The notes under the pieces were generated by a model. It had not been told where the DNA came from, ran no database searches, and worked only from the letters and a program-made list of their open reading frames with translations. From assembly GCA_000165345.1 (NCBI GenBank), contig CM000429.1:384001-448000 (forward strand): a stretch of 64,000 bases of DNA, in the 5' to 3' direction. Below are positions 31,520-41,304 of this stretch, piece by piece; the stretch's first letter is position 1; every line of letters begins with the position of its first letter. The position numbers were made by a program, and so were the translations under genes.

Positions 31520-32542
31520 TTATATCGATTCTAAGAAGCTTCTCAATATAATTTTTAATGTATTGCACGGACAAGATAACATAAAAATAAATAAAAAAGA
31601 TATTGTGAATAACCATACGCTCCAAATCAAGAAGAAATAGCTTGCTTTAATATTTTTACTACCAAGAAACGACACTCTTTCAATTCCTAATCTTTTTTTC
31701 GAGTTAAAATTTTCTGCTGGCCACATATTATCAATCATTTTAATCTCGTATTTTCCCCTTTCTAATCCATGAGGTATTTGACCCCAAACCATTTTGAAGC
31801 TGGGAAGCCATGCACCATGCATCCAGATTCTGTAATGTATGTCTGTGGTTTTTATCCACATCATTTTGTTGTATGGGACTGCAAACATTGAAAAATCATT
31901 TTTCAGTGATAACTGGTCAATTTCAACGTTAAGCAATTCTTTTTTGCCATCCTCTTTTAACATATATATCTCAAATTTGTCATTATAAAACGTGATGGAT
32001 GACAATCCACATGGTATCAGGGGTACTTCTTCACCAGTTTCATCAATTTTTTCTACTTGGATTTTATTTATATAGTTATCAAGAGTGTTTCCACGAACTT
32101 GGCGTAAGTAAGTAATTGTTTTTGCTGTCCCACAAGTAAAACCTGGGAAAATATCTGAAGGCCTGCTTTGAACATAGGATCGGAAATTTTGATAAAAGTT
32201 ATCTATATATATATTTATATTTACTGGCCCAGTAATATCATTCTCTATATTGAATATTAGGCTGCTTACGTTCTTTTGTATCGGTTCACTAATATACTCT
32301 ACATATGAGTTGCTTCTATAATTGAAAAAGAAAAATGCTGCAAATACTGCATGAAAGACGCCACCAATTAAGAACAAAATAATTGCAATTTTTGGTGAAA
32401 ATAGATACTTCCCAGGATTCCAAATCTTCATATCCTGTTGTACAAATGATTCTAAGATTTCATCAACTTTTTTCTCGCCCTTTCTTAGCCGTTGTATCCA
32501 AACCAAATTTGAAAGTTCGTGCCTATAATAGTTCGAGTTCAT
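31520..32542 (-). CDS. CDC50/LEM3-family protein (P4-ATPase flippase beta subunit)
   Basis: FVQQDMKIWNP precedes TM1, then a large ectodomain with conserved cysteines including LIPCGLSSITFYNDKF (the family PCG motif), then a C-terminal TM (YFFLIWSVWLFTISFLFIFML). Confidence 0.8.
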   Translation of the reverse strand: MNSNYYRHELSNLVWIQRLRKGEKKVDEILESFVQQDMKIWNPGKYLFSPKIAIILFLIGGVFHAVFAAFFFFNYRSNSYVEYISEPIQKNVSSLIFNIENDITGPVNINIYIDNFYQNFRSYVQSRPSDIFPGFTCGTAKTITYLRQVRGNTLDNYINKIQVEKIDETGEEVPLIPCGLSSITFYNDKFEIYMLKEDGKKELLNVEIDQLSLKNDFSMFAVPYNKMMWIKTTDIHYRIWMHGAWLPSFKMVWGQIPHGLERGKYEIKMIDNMWPAENFNSKKRLGIERVSFLGSKNIKASYFFLIWSVWLFTISFLFIFMLSCPCNTLKIILRSFLESI

Positions 32543-32859
32543 TCTTATGTGGCAATTCTATCATATACAATGGATGTAAATTAAGTTATATTGGATCTTA
32601 GGATAGATATTTTTAGAGCCGTATTTTTAAATATATTTTAAACATTTTTCATAGACCTAAATAATAATCCGGTATTTTCCTTCAGACGCAGAAAAAAATT
32701 TCTGCCCTCGAGAAAAAAATCGCGTATTTTTAATGAGATGTAAATATTTATATTATTAACGCATTTATGTCTTAAATTTTACTAGAAATCAATATAAATT
32801 AGAAAAATAATACTATTCTACTAGATATTTCTAAAGTTATTAATTGTCGTAAAACGATT

Positions 32860-33126
32860 CTATTTATGAATTAGCGTATACATTGTAGTCCATGTTAGAA
32901 TAAATGTTACTAGACATGTAGCAACATTTTCTATGACAATTTCTGTAGGATCTAAAATTCTTTCTGGAATATCAAGTAAATTAAGATATGTGGTTCCAAT
33001 AAATACTAATCCAAGTATTGCAGAAATAAGAACTGTGGCACCCTTAAGTCCAAATATTCCACATCCTACACCAAATAAAAGTGCACAAATTTGGAGAATC
33101 CAATAGGTTATAAGAGAAACTTCGTC
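32860..33126 (-). CDS. EMC6: EMC6 (ER membrane protein complex subunit 6), exon 2, including the stop
   Basis: Not in the ORF track. The minus-strand translation ...GVGCGIFGLKGATVLISAILGLVFIGTTYL...TFILTWTTMYTLIHK* matches the EMC6/TMEM93 two-helix core and the C-terminal FxWTxxYxxxH tail. Confidence 0.6.
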   Translation of the reverse strand, partial: DEVSLITYWILQICALLFGVGCGIFGLKGATVLISAILGLVFIGTTYLNLLDIPERILDPTEIVIENVATCLVTFILTWTTMYTLIHK

Positions 33127-33173
33127 CTGAAAATTTGATTTTCTTGTTTAGTGAGTAATTAAACTTAACTTAC

Positions 33174-33290
33174 CCTAGTCCACTCAAATGTTGCATCTGC
33201 TTTGATCGCCTTAGTAAGAAGAGAATAGTTTCTGTTATTTGTAATTTTTTCACGGATATTTTCAAAAAATTTTAATTGATTAATTGTCAT
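33174..33290 (-). CDS. EMC6: EMC6, exon 1 (39 codons)
   Basis: ATG at 33290 (minus). The exon ends at a canonical donor GTAAGT (plus-strand ACTTAC at 33168..33173). The 47-nt intron 33127..33173 has a TTTTCAG acceptor and is phase 0. Confidence 0.55.
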
Positions 33291-33316
33291 TGTTACAATT
33301 GCTCTTTCTGACGAAT

Positions 33317-34699
33317 TTATTTAAAAAGGTCTATATTGTCATTCGGCGCGTCGATTGAGTATTTAACTTCTATACAGCCGTTTACATATAGCCATGAAAT
33401 TATGGATTTTACTGTTTTTAATGCTTCATCGCGATTAGAAGAGTATATTTTATCAGAGGATTCATATGGATAATAAATTAAATGCTCAGATGCTCTTTTT
33501 TCTCTAGTAAATTTTTGGAAGAATTCAACAAGCTCACTTCTAACATCGCAAAGTTTCTTTCCATTACAAAAAAATGAGCTAATCAATATAAGTGGGTTAC
33601 ATCCTTTCCAGTCAATAATATCTTTGTATTTTAAGTTAAATCTATTTACTTGAGTTTTTATCGAATCAGGGCAAATTACATAAACTTTGTCATATCTTAT
33701 TATTTCCAAAACCTTTGCAACTTTTTTAGTAATCAGTTTTTGGCAAACCTTCAAAATATTTGATGGTTGTTCTAAAAGTTCAACTGAAATATCCCTGATG
33801 GATAAGTGTGGGTCTGCAATATTCGAAATTTCGTTTATAAGTTCATTTTCTTTATATATATTAGAAAGTTTAGACTTATCAATATAAAAAGTTAATTTAT
33901 CATATAAACTCTCTACAGGGTTTTGGAGGCAATTATTATCGATTGAAGAAAAAAAATGGTGTGGTTTTGATGGCGTTACTGTAAAATCATTGCAATCAAT
34001 TTTTAATCTCGTAAAATATTTAATAAGCTTTTTCGAAAGCCTATTGTTTTTCTCAACTATAGAAAAGATATGCTCCTGCAAATTACTTCTTTCAGACCCA
34101 CTTAAGTTAATATGTTCACTTCCAATCGACGCACCACCTTTATTATTCTGGAAACTCTTATATAAATTCTTCAAATACTCGAACGAAGTTTCATTGGACC
34201 TCAAAATTTCTACAGAAATAAAGTTATTGGCAATTTCACATGATAAAAGAGTACTTGTAATTCTAAATAGCTTTTCTTCTATGAATTCATAGTTTATCAA
34301 AGTTGATGCAATAAATACTAATGTTACGGAGAAACTTTCGATAAATTTATCCAACTCGAGATTTCTATTATCTATATTAATCTTTTTTTGATTATTATTA
34401 AATAAGGCTTGATTTAAGGATTTTGTATGGATTGTTGAACTTGGGAAGAAAACAAATCTATGCTGAAAATCTTTGGACTCAATGACTAAATCGGACATTT
34501 TGTTCCATAATGCTGAGTCAGATGGTAGAATCAAAGGTGCAAGTTTAGAGCATTCATGTCCAAAGCATTCCTTGGTTTGAATAACATTTTTCTCATTTAA
34601 TATAGAAAAGGAGCTCGGGGGATGGTAAAATATAATCTCAGGTTCTTGATATGGCCATTTGACAGTTAAAATGATTCCTACTAAGTCAAAACCGCACAT
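33317..34699 (-). CDS. Hypothetical protein with an N-terminal longin-like start, possibly NPRL2/NPR2 (GATOR1)-like
   Basis: The N-terminus MCGFDLVGIILTVKWPYQEPEIIFYHPP resembles the NPRL2 start ([25 protein letters not shown]). A mid-region ISNIADPHLSIRDISVE resembles the NPRL2 YIDGFRHIQKISAEADVE block. The family call is weak and made by eye. Confidence 0.55.
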   Translation of the reverse strand: MCGFDLVGIILTVKWPYQEPEIIFYHPPSSFSILNEKNVIQTKECFGHECSKLAPLILPSDSALWNKMSDLVIESKDFQHRFVFFPSSTIHTKSLNQALFNNNQKKINIDNRNLELDKFIESFSVTLVFIASTLINYEFIEEKLFRITSTLLSCEIANNFISVEILRSNETSFEYLKNLYKSFQNNKGGASIGSEHINLSGSERSNLQEHIFSIVEKNNRLSKKLIKYFTRLKIDCNDFTVTPSKPHHFFSSIDNNCLQNPVESLYDKLTFYIDKSKLSNIYKENELINEISNIADPHLSIRDISVELLEQPSNILKVCQKLITKKVAKVLEIIRYDKVYVICPDSIKTQVNRFNLKYKDIIDWKGCNPLILISSFFCNGKKLCDVRSELVEFFQKFTREKRASEHLIYYPYESSDKIYSSNRDEALKTVKSIISWLYVNGCIEVKYSIDAPNDNIDLFK

Positions 34700-35089
34700 T
34701 TAAAAATTTTGATAATTCAATTATATTCAGATTTGCAAAATGCCCAAGAAAATAATAAAGTATTAATAATACTTGAACAGTAGCTTATTTGTCGCCCAGT
34801 CTTACTATAAGTAGTAATGTAAACTGAAGTTAGAACTTAGATATTCTTCAATCATTGTATTCATAAATTTAAACAAATAACGCTAGTTCTGGCTTAAAAT
34901 TATACCGCTTTGGTTATAAATCTTAATGGCATTTAAATTATTACCAAATTTTAGGTGTTACCAAAATTCAGAAAGATTAATTAATACAGTTCTGTAGACA
35001 AGAAAGTAAAAATTATAGTAATATATATATTAAAATTTTTTTTTTGTTATAAAATAATTTAACATTCATGTGTTTGTGGAAAAGAAAAT

Positions 35090-35455
35090 ATGGTTGAAAG
35101 CAGTGACTTCCCACAGATATTAGACCAATTCCCTTTATATGAACATGAAGGAACGAAGACGAAAATTATTGGATTAATATTTTCAAACAAAATTCAATTT
35201 GTCTTGAGCGAAGCGGAAACCTTCGGATCAGTCTTACATGCATCTACAGATCAAGCAGGTATGATTTACGACGTCGAAGTTCTTTTAGGTGATAGAAACG
35301 ATGAGATATCACGGTTATATGCAAGGAGATTACTGGAGCTATTTCGAAGTAAGGGGTATACTAAAAGTAGCCTATTGTTGCTCACTTCTATTAGAAAGCA
35401 CTCTATTGAACATTTGAGAGGCGTTTTAAAGCATATTGATGACAATATCATTTAG
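35090..35455 (+). CDS. Proteasome assembly chaperone 3 (PSMG3/PAC3)-like protein (121 aa)
   Basis: Size and pattern match: VLLGDRNDEISRLYARRLLELF against PAC3 VLLGQDEPLIHVFAKNLVAFVS, and LLLLTSIRKHSIEHLRGVLKHI against VLLAVAVKDKSMEGLKALREVI. Confidence 0.55.
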   Translation: MVESSDFPQILDQFPLYEHEGTKTKIIGLIFSNKIQFVLSEAETFGSVLHASTDQAGMIYDVEVLLGDRNDEISRLYARRLLELFRSKGYTKSSLLLLTSIRKHSIEHLRGVLKHIDDNII

Positions 35456-37430
35456 TATCGAATGGAGGTATTTGCCTACGGCATGTTGGACATTCTAGCT
35501 TAACGCTCATCCATTGTTTAAGGCATTTTTGGTGGAATATATGATCACAGGGAGTGCAAACTGCGCACAATTCGTGATCAAAGTCCTTAAATATAGAAAC
35601 ATTCACCATACAAATCACACAGAGCTTATTTGTATGCGTTCTATCGTTGAAATTGGTTAATTCAATTTCTTCAAGTCCTGATGGTTCAGTATGTGAAATA
35701 TTATCCTGAACAAAGTTAACCTTAGATCCATTTAACGATTCAGAATTTAATTCTCCATCAATAGGAATATTAACCTCTCGTGTATCCTCATTTGAAGCTC
35801 CATTGTAGATGTCTTTACTTGTTAATCTGAAATAATTATACGGTCTTGGCCTGAATATCTTCGGAATTAAACACTTTGGTCCAAATTTTAATTGCACAAA
35901 ATAAATTATCATTTGTATTGAAGTAATTAAAAATATGAAAATAGATAGTAATGAAGAGTTCTTTGTTGAGATAGGCGTAATATTCAAATACTGGAATACT
36001 GGAGCATTGAATATCGAATTAGAATATCCCCAAACGTAAATAGGAACGAATGCCTTGCCAATTAAAGATGTAAGTATAAAATATGGGTGGAGCGGTAGAG
36101 TTGAATTCAAATGAATAGTATTAGCAAGTAGGTCATTTAGAATTTGAGGAATGAGAAATAAAAATAGTGATACATAAATACAATATGGCACGGATTGAAT
36201 GATTATTATATTTCTCTCACTTAGACTCTTTGCAAAAGTGCTAAATACTATACTTGAATTGCATATTCCGAATAGAAGTATAAAGAAAAGCACTATTCCA
36301 AATAGAAATACATAGAGCCTTCTATAAAATTGTGTTGTAATGATAGGTATTTCAGTTGAAGGAGCATTTTGTAAATAATTTGACTTCCAAATCCAAAATA
36401 AATACTTTATTTCTATGTAAAAAATGTGGATCCATTTAAAAAGTATCATAAGTGAAAACGAAGAAAACAGTAGTGAAGGTAGAGCAAATGAGCAATATAA
36501 AATAAATACACATTCCAGTATATCTAATATAATCTGCATAAATAAACAAGAAATAGATGTATTACTGACGAAGCTTGCCCCAATAACTGGTGAATTACTG
36601 TGTACAAGCTGTATTACGCTTCCTCTAATTTCCATAAGTACCTTTAAATTATATATGAATGAGAAGTGGATAATATTTAGTCTGAACAAACTCATTGAGA
36701 ATGGCTCACCTTTCAAAAGTACATTGAAGTTGCAATCCAGAGATTTAATTATAAATTCTATTTGGTTTTTACCTTCCCCTTTTTCGTTTATATTACTACC
36801 TCTAAATTTATATTTTTCATTTTCCTTCTGTGGGAATATTTGATTAACTAAGTTGGTGTCATTAGAGATATCAATTTCCAGAAGACAGTAAGTTGAATCT
36901 GAGTTTCGAATTTGGTTTGTTGGAGTTTCATTCACTTTGCTAGTAAATACCATATTTAACTCATCTTCAGCAATAATCTTTTCAAAGTTCCAGTTGTATG
37001 CTTTCCCATTTTTGTCCAGCTGTATAATTAACGAAACCAATGCAGATTTTGAGGAAATACTTGACTTCGTCCATTCAAGCTGCCATTTTGAATTGCCATA
37101 AATAGCTGTTATTGATTTGCTACCCGCGAATAAGCCATTTTTATCTTGGGGATTCCCGTGATAATTATCCAAATAAGTGTTCATTTGAAATTCACCAAAG
37201 TAAAAAGCAGATGAAGTAATGGTCGAACTGGCAACAATGGATCCATTGCCTTGAAATTTATTTTCAAAACTAAGAATTATTATTACAAAGAAAACGAAAA
37301 ATGTAAAAAATAAATTTCTTGAGTTTCTTTCAGCTGAAAAGTTCAAGATTGAAAGATCGAGGTTATTTATTCGATCAATTATTGATGCATGAAATATGCT
37401 GGGCTCCGACCTTGAATTATTATTTTCCAT
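35448..37430 (-). CDS. Tul1-like multi-pass membrane E3 ubiquitin ligase with a C-terminal RING-H2 finger (660 aa)
   Basis: Architecture is an N-terminal TM, a lumenal domain of about 300 aa, a block of several TMs, then CVICMVNV...CAVCTPCDHIFHQKCLKQW...CPTC (C3H2C3 RING-H2). It overlaps the convergent PSMG3 CDS by 8 nt. Confidence 0.78.
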   Translation of the reverse strand: MENNNSRSEPSIFHASIIDRINNLDLSILNFSAERNSRNLFFTFFVFFVIIILSFENKFQGNGSIVASSTITSSAFYFGEFQMNTYLDNYHGNPQDKNGLFAGSKSITAIYGNSKWQLEWTKSSISSKSALVSLIIQLDKNGKAYNWNFEKIIAEDELNMVFTSKVNETPTNQIRNSDSTYCLLEIDISNDTNLVNQIFPQKENEKYKFRGSNINEKGEGKNQIEFIIKSLDCNFNVLLKGEPFSMSLFRLNIIHFSFIYNLKVLMEIRGSVIQLVHSNSPVIGASFVSNTSISCLFMQIILDILECVFILYCSFALPSLLFSSFSLMILFKWIHIFYIEIKYLFWIWKSNYLQNAPSTEIPIITTQFYRRLYVFLFGIVLFFILLFGICNSSIVFSTFAKSLSERNIIIIQSVPYCIYVSLFLFLIPQILNDLLANTIHLNSTLPLHPYFILTSLIGKAFVPIYVWGYSNSIFNAPVFQYLNITPISTKNSSLLSIFIFLITSIQMIIYFVQLKFGPKCLIPKIFRPRPYNYFRLTSKDIYNGASNEDTREVNIPIDGELNSESLNGSKVNFVQDNISHTEPSGLEEIELTNFNDRTHTNKLCVICMVNVSIFKDFDHELCAVCTPCDHIFHQKCLKQWMSVKLECPTCRRQIPPFDTK

Positions 37431-37559
37431 TTTTGTTTTAGAAATAATACATAATTAGAAAGTTAGTTTGATCTTGAGAGTAGATAATAATAAAAATAAT
37501 TAGAATTATATTGTTTCCTCAGAGTTAATATAAAATAAATAAATATTTGCCAATTTTAT

Positions 37560-39041
37560 TTACTCCCAGATTTTTATAGTTCCATCCCAACCGCAAGAAG
37601 CAATGCGTGAAGGGAAAACAGGGTGCCACTGACAACCTATGCTTACCCCTTCATGGGCATTAAAACTTCTAAAATTTTTTGTAGTTTTCCAATCCCAAAA
37701 ATGAACCTTTCCATTAATATCACCAGATATTATATACTGTCCATCTGGGCTTACATCGCATTGAATTGCGTACCCTGAATTTTTAAGTCCAGTGAAGCGC
37801 TTTTTAATACATCTATAATTGGCATGCGTATCATAAACTAAAATTTTGTTATCCATACTTTGACAAACTAAATGCTGCCCATCAGAATGCAAAGCGACAT
37901 ATGGCATTGATTGCATTAATGGGTCAGCGATATGCTTCACTACAATTGGTATTCCAACATCCCAAACGAACATCTTTTTATCGTCTGAAGTTGTAACAAA
38001 CTTTTTGCCGTCTTCGCAAAATGTAACAGTATTTACCGCTCCCTGATGTTCATTGTACACTTGTACAACTTCATTAGATCTTGTGTCGTATTGAATAGCC
38101 TTTTTGTTGCTAAAGCCAACAATAATACTTTGCTCATTCTTTGGATGAACTGAAACACAGTACGGCGTCTTATCATTCAAAATTTTCCACTTCGTTTTTC
38201 CATATTCTGCATCCCAAAACAATATTTGTTTGTCATATCCACAACTATAGAAACTTTTACAGTCCCTTTGTTTATTTGAAAACTGAATATCTCTAACTGC
38301 GTTTTTGTGCCCATGGTAAATATAAATACACTTGCTATCAGAGCTCCAAATCTTTATTTGAGAATCCAACCCTGCAGATAATAATAGGTGCCCAGTTTTT
38401 GGAATGAATCTAATAGCTTGAACACCCAAAGAGTGAGCCCTTATAACTTTAATAAGTTTCTTAGGGGCATAACATTGTTCATTAGGAAGCCTTTCTTTGG
38501 TTTCATTTGGAGAGATAATCCAAGATCTATTTTGATAATCAGTACGTTCCTTGCCAAGGAATGTACTTTCGGCATACTTTTCGTCTGTCAACGAATCATC
38601 GGTATCTGATTCTTGAGTCTCATCATTAAATTCACTTTCCAAATTGTTAACTCCAAAATCTTCTTCAGTCCGAAATATGATATTCTCTGTAATGACTTTT
38701 TCTTTTTGATCTTTTCTCCACGGTCCAATGTAATTATACTTGCTCTTCTTCGATGAAGGCTTTAGTTTTTTTTCACCTATATGTTGGCTTAAATTCTCAA
38801 AATAAATTTCTTGTTTCTGACCAAATTTAGTTCTTTTATCTACTTTCTTTGAGCTTATATTTTTATTTTGAAAGTTAAAGTTTAAGTCGAATGCGGTTGA
38901 AGAGCAAGAAAAGGAATTTATTTGCTCATTTAGAGTTACTTTATTCAGATCATAATGATTAAATATAGCATCATCTACGTCTGGTGCAGAGCTTTTTTGT
39001 AAGAGTTGATTAATATTCGCTGAATCATCTTTTTCAAACAT
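37560..39041 (-). CDS. CDC40: Pre-mRNA splicing factor PRP17/CDC40 (WD40)
   Basis: The C-terminal 300 aa are near-collinear with PRP17 WD repeats (GHKNAVRDIQF..., TTSDDKKMFVWDVGIPIVVKHIADPLMQSMPYVALHSDGQHLVCQSMDNKILVY..., ISGDINGKVHFWDWKTTKNFRSFNAHEGVSIGCQWHP..., CGWDGTIKIWE). Confidence 0.9.
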   Translation of the reverse strand: MFEKDDSANINQLLQKSSAPDVDDAIFNHYDLNKVTLNEQINSFSCSSTAFDLNFNFQNKNISSKKVDKRTKFGQKQEIYFENLSQHIGEKKLKPSSKKSKYNYIGPWRKDQKEKVITENIIFRTEEDFGVNNLESEFNDETQESDTDDSLTDEKYAESTFLGKERTDYQNRSWIISPNETKERLPNEQCYAPKKLIKVIRAHSLGVQAIRFIPKTGHLLLSAGLDSQIKIWSSDSKCIYIYHGHKNAVRDIQFSNKQRDCKSFYSCGYDKQILFWDAEYGKTKWKILNDKTPYCVSVHPKNEQSIIVGFSNKKAIQYDTRSNEVVQVYNEHQGAVNTVTFCEDGKKFVTTSDDKKMFVWDVGIPIVVKHIADPLMQSMPYVALHSDGQHLVCQSMDNKILVYDTHANYRCIKKRFTGLKNSGYAIQCDVSPDGQYIISGDINGKVHFWDWKTTKNFRSFNAHEGVSIGCQWHPVFPSRIASCGWDGTIKIWE

Positions 39042-39247
39042 AACTATTTATGCTACAACTCAGCTGTCAGAACGTAATTTATAAAAAGCGCTAGCGCTAA
39101 TAACATGCCATATTCTAATTCCACACAATTAGAAGAATTTAATGGATACAAAAAAGATATAGTTGCCCTATATAATTAATACTATGTTATCTTTTCCTCA
39201 TATAAACTGCGAAAATTAGCATTTTGAAATCTTAATATTCTGAGAAA

Positions 39248-41269
39248 ATGGAAAATGAAAAAATGAAAGATCAAGAGAATGAATTCCAAGCTGAAGAAAA
39301 GGAGTCTCTAGATTCTAGTATTAGAAGCTTTGAGAACAAACCAATTTGTTCTGATGAATCTAGAGAGCTCCAAGATCATGAGAAAAATGATAATTGTTCT
39401 GGAGAAAGCTGCAAAGTAAATTCTAAACAAATTGCACAGAATGGCAATATTATTGATGAAAAAACTAATAGTTTTGATATAGACAGTCATAACTCTCAAA
39501 ATATAACTGATCTATATCTTGATCATAAGACAATTATTACGGAAAAATCTGAAAACAACAGTAATGCGGAAGTCGATCTTACAAATAACCAATCGTATTT
39601 TAAAGACTTAGATAATTCAATTGAAAAGGATGATGACAAAAGTCAAAAATCAGCTCAAAAATTAGAGAAAATTAGTCAAACTGAAGAGATGTTTTCTAAT
39701 AATAAAAATACAATAAAAATGGAATATAAAGTTAATCTAAAAGACAGGAAAGGAGAAATTAAAGAGCTATTGGACAACATCAACCAACTTAAAAGCAAAG
39801 CTAGCCAGAATGAAACTTGTATTGTGGCAAAGTTAATGAATTCTAGAGGGGTTTACTGTGGAATGCATACAGAATTATCTCTATATGAAGAATTACTGAA
39901 ATACTTGTTCTCAAAGCGTGACTTGAACGAGGAGACGTTCGAATCCATTGATATTGAAGATGATGCGTCATTAGTTGATCAGTTCGAAAGCAATACCAGT
40001 AATTTATTTCATCTGGGAATAGAGAATACAGAAACTAATACAAAAAGAAAATCAGTTTTCGAAAATATTATAGATTTTGCAGTAAAAAAAGTTTCTATTT
40101 ACAAAAATTATTCCAAAATATTTGAAAAGCCTAAACAAAATTTTGAAAATGAGCTTCTAAAACCATTGAGTGTGCATTACGATTTATCTAATCATGATAG
40201 CGTCACTTTTTTTGAAGATACAATGATTTGCGATGAAAATTTCAATAATTGTTTCGGCCCTTTTCATGTTAATGATGCATACATAAGCTTGTCCAGTAAT
40301 TATTTAAATCTTAAAATAAATCAGATAAAGAAGGAAATTGACATATTGTCAAGCTATTTAACTAAAAAAGAGTGCCAAATCTTTGAAAAAAGCATCGAGT
40401 TTAATTTTTCAATAAATTTTGGCATTAATGTCTTTAATTTATTCGAAAATAATTTATTCGGTTTAATTATTAATGAAAGATTTGATGAAAAAAATGAATT
40501 CAAATCAAAAACCAATTTAAAAGGCATAAATTCAAATAATATTCTTGCGTATAAACTGAATTTTTGTGGAATCAGATACCTAAAAGAAAATTTGATGAAT
40601 AATTTATTCAGAAAAAAATTGCAAGTTATTCAACATAGGTTGGATTCTCTATACAAATTTTTATTGCCTAGAGAAGAGTTCAGTCAAGAATTTAAAAACA
40701 AATCTATTGTTAATAGATTAATAAACGTAGAAAATATGCTACTATCTATAATCCCCAAATCTCATTCAGTTGCGGATATTTTTCAAACAAAGATACAGAT
40801 GGAGAGTAATTTACTTAATGGATTTATAATTAGTGACGTTCGGAAATCAGACTTAAAGAAGATATCAAATCTTGTAAAATCGAAAGTTTCATCTTACGGA
40901 GGAAGGAATTCAAAATTTGAAAGTGAAGGATGTGATATTGAAATGAACGATAATGAGTTATACAAAACAGAAGAAAATAAGAAAATTAAATCAATGTTGG
41001 AAGAGTTAGATGTGATAAGAAATAAAGAATCTTCCCTTTGTTTGGATGATATATTCAAAACTGCAAGCAGATTAGTGAGGAAAGAAAATACTATTGAGTC
41101 TTTTCTATCGAACGTTAAGAGAATTGAAAAATGTGAAAAAATGCATGCAGAAAATCTTGTTAGCTTAGAGAAAATTCAAGGTATTACAAACGAATTATTG
41201 GAAATTATGGAAACAAATTTAAATAAAGTCGATGAATTAAATATTGATAATATCAGTGGGAAATTATAG
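39248..41269 (+). CDS. Hypothetical Lys/Glu/Asn-rich coiled-coil protein (673 aa)
   Basis: A long ORF with coding-like composition and no recognisable motif. Confidence 0.6.
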   Translation: MENEKMKDQENEFQAEEKESLDSSIRSFENKPICSDESRELQDHEKNDNCSGESCKVNSKQIAQNGNIIDEKTNSFDIDSHNSQNITDLYLDHKTIITEKSENNSNAEVDLTNNQSYFKDLDNSIEKDDDKSQKSAQKLEKISQTEEMFSNNKNTIKMEYKVNLKDRKGEIKELLDNINQLKSKASQNETCIVAKLMNSRGVYCGMHTELSLYEELLKYLFSKRDLNEETFESIDIEDDASLVDQFESNTSNLFHLGIENTETNTKRKSVFENIIDFAVKKVSIYKNYSKIFEKPKQNFENELLKPLSVHYDLSNHDSVTFFEDTMICDENFNNCFGPFHVNDAYISLSSNYLNLKINQIKKEIDILSSYLTKKECQIFEKSIEFNFSINFGINVFNLFENNLFGLIINERFDEKNEFKSKTNLKGINSNNILAYKLNFCGIRYLKENLMNNLFRKKLQVIQHRLDSLYKFLLPREEFSQEFKNKSIVNRLINVENMLLSIIPKSHSVADIFQTKIQMESNLLNGFIISDVRKSDLKKISNLVKSKVSSYGGRNSKFESEGCDIEMNDNELYKTEENKKIKSMLEELDVIRNKESSLCLDDIFKTASRLVRKENTIESFLSNVKRIEKCEKMHAENLVSLEKIQGITNELLEIMETNLNKVDELNIDNISGKL

Positions 41270-41304
41270 GAAGCAAACTAAAAAAACATAAATATTGTAT
41301 GAAT

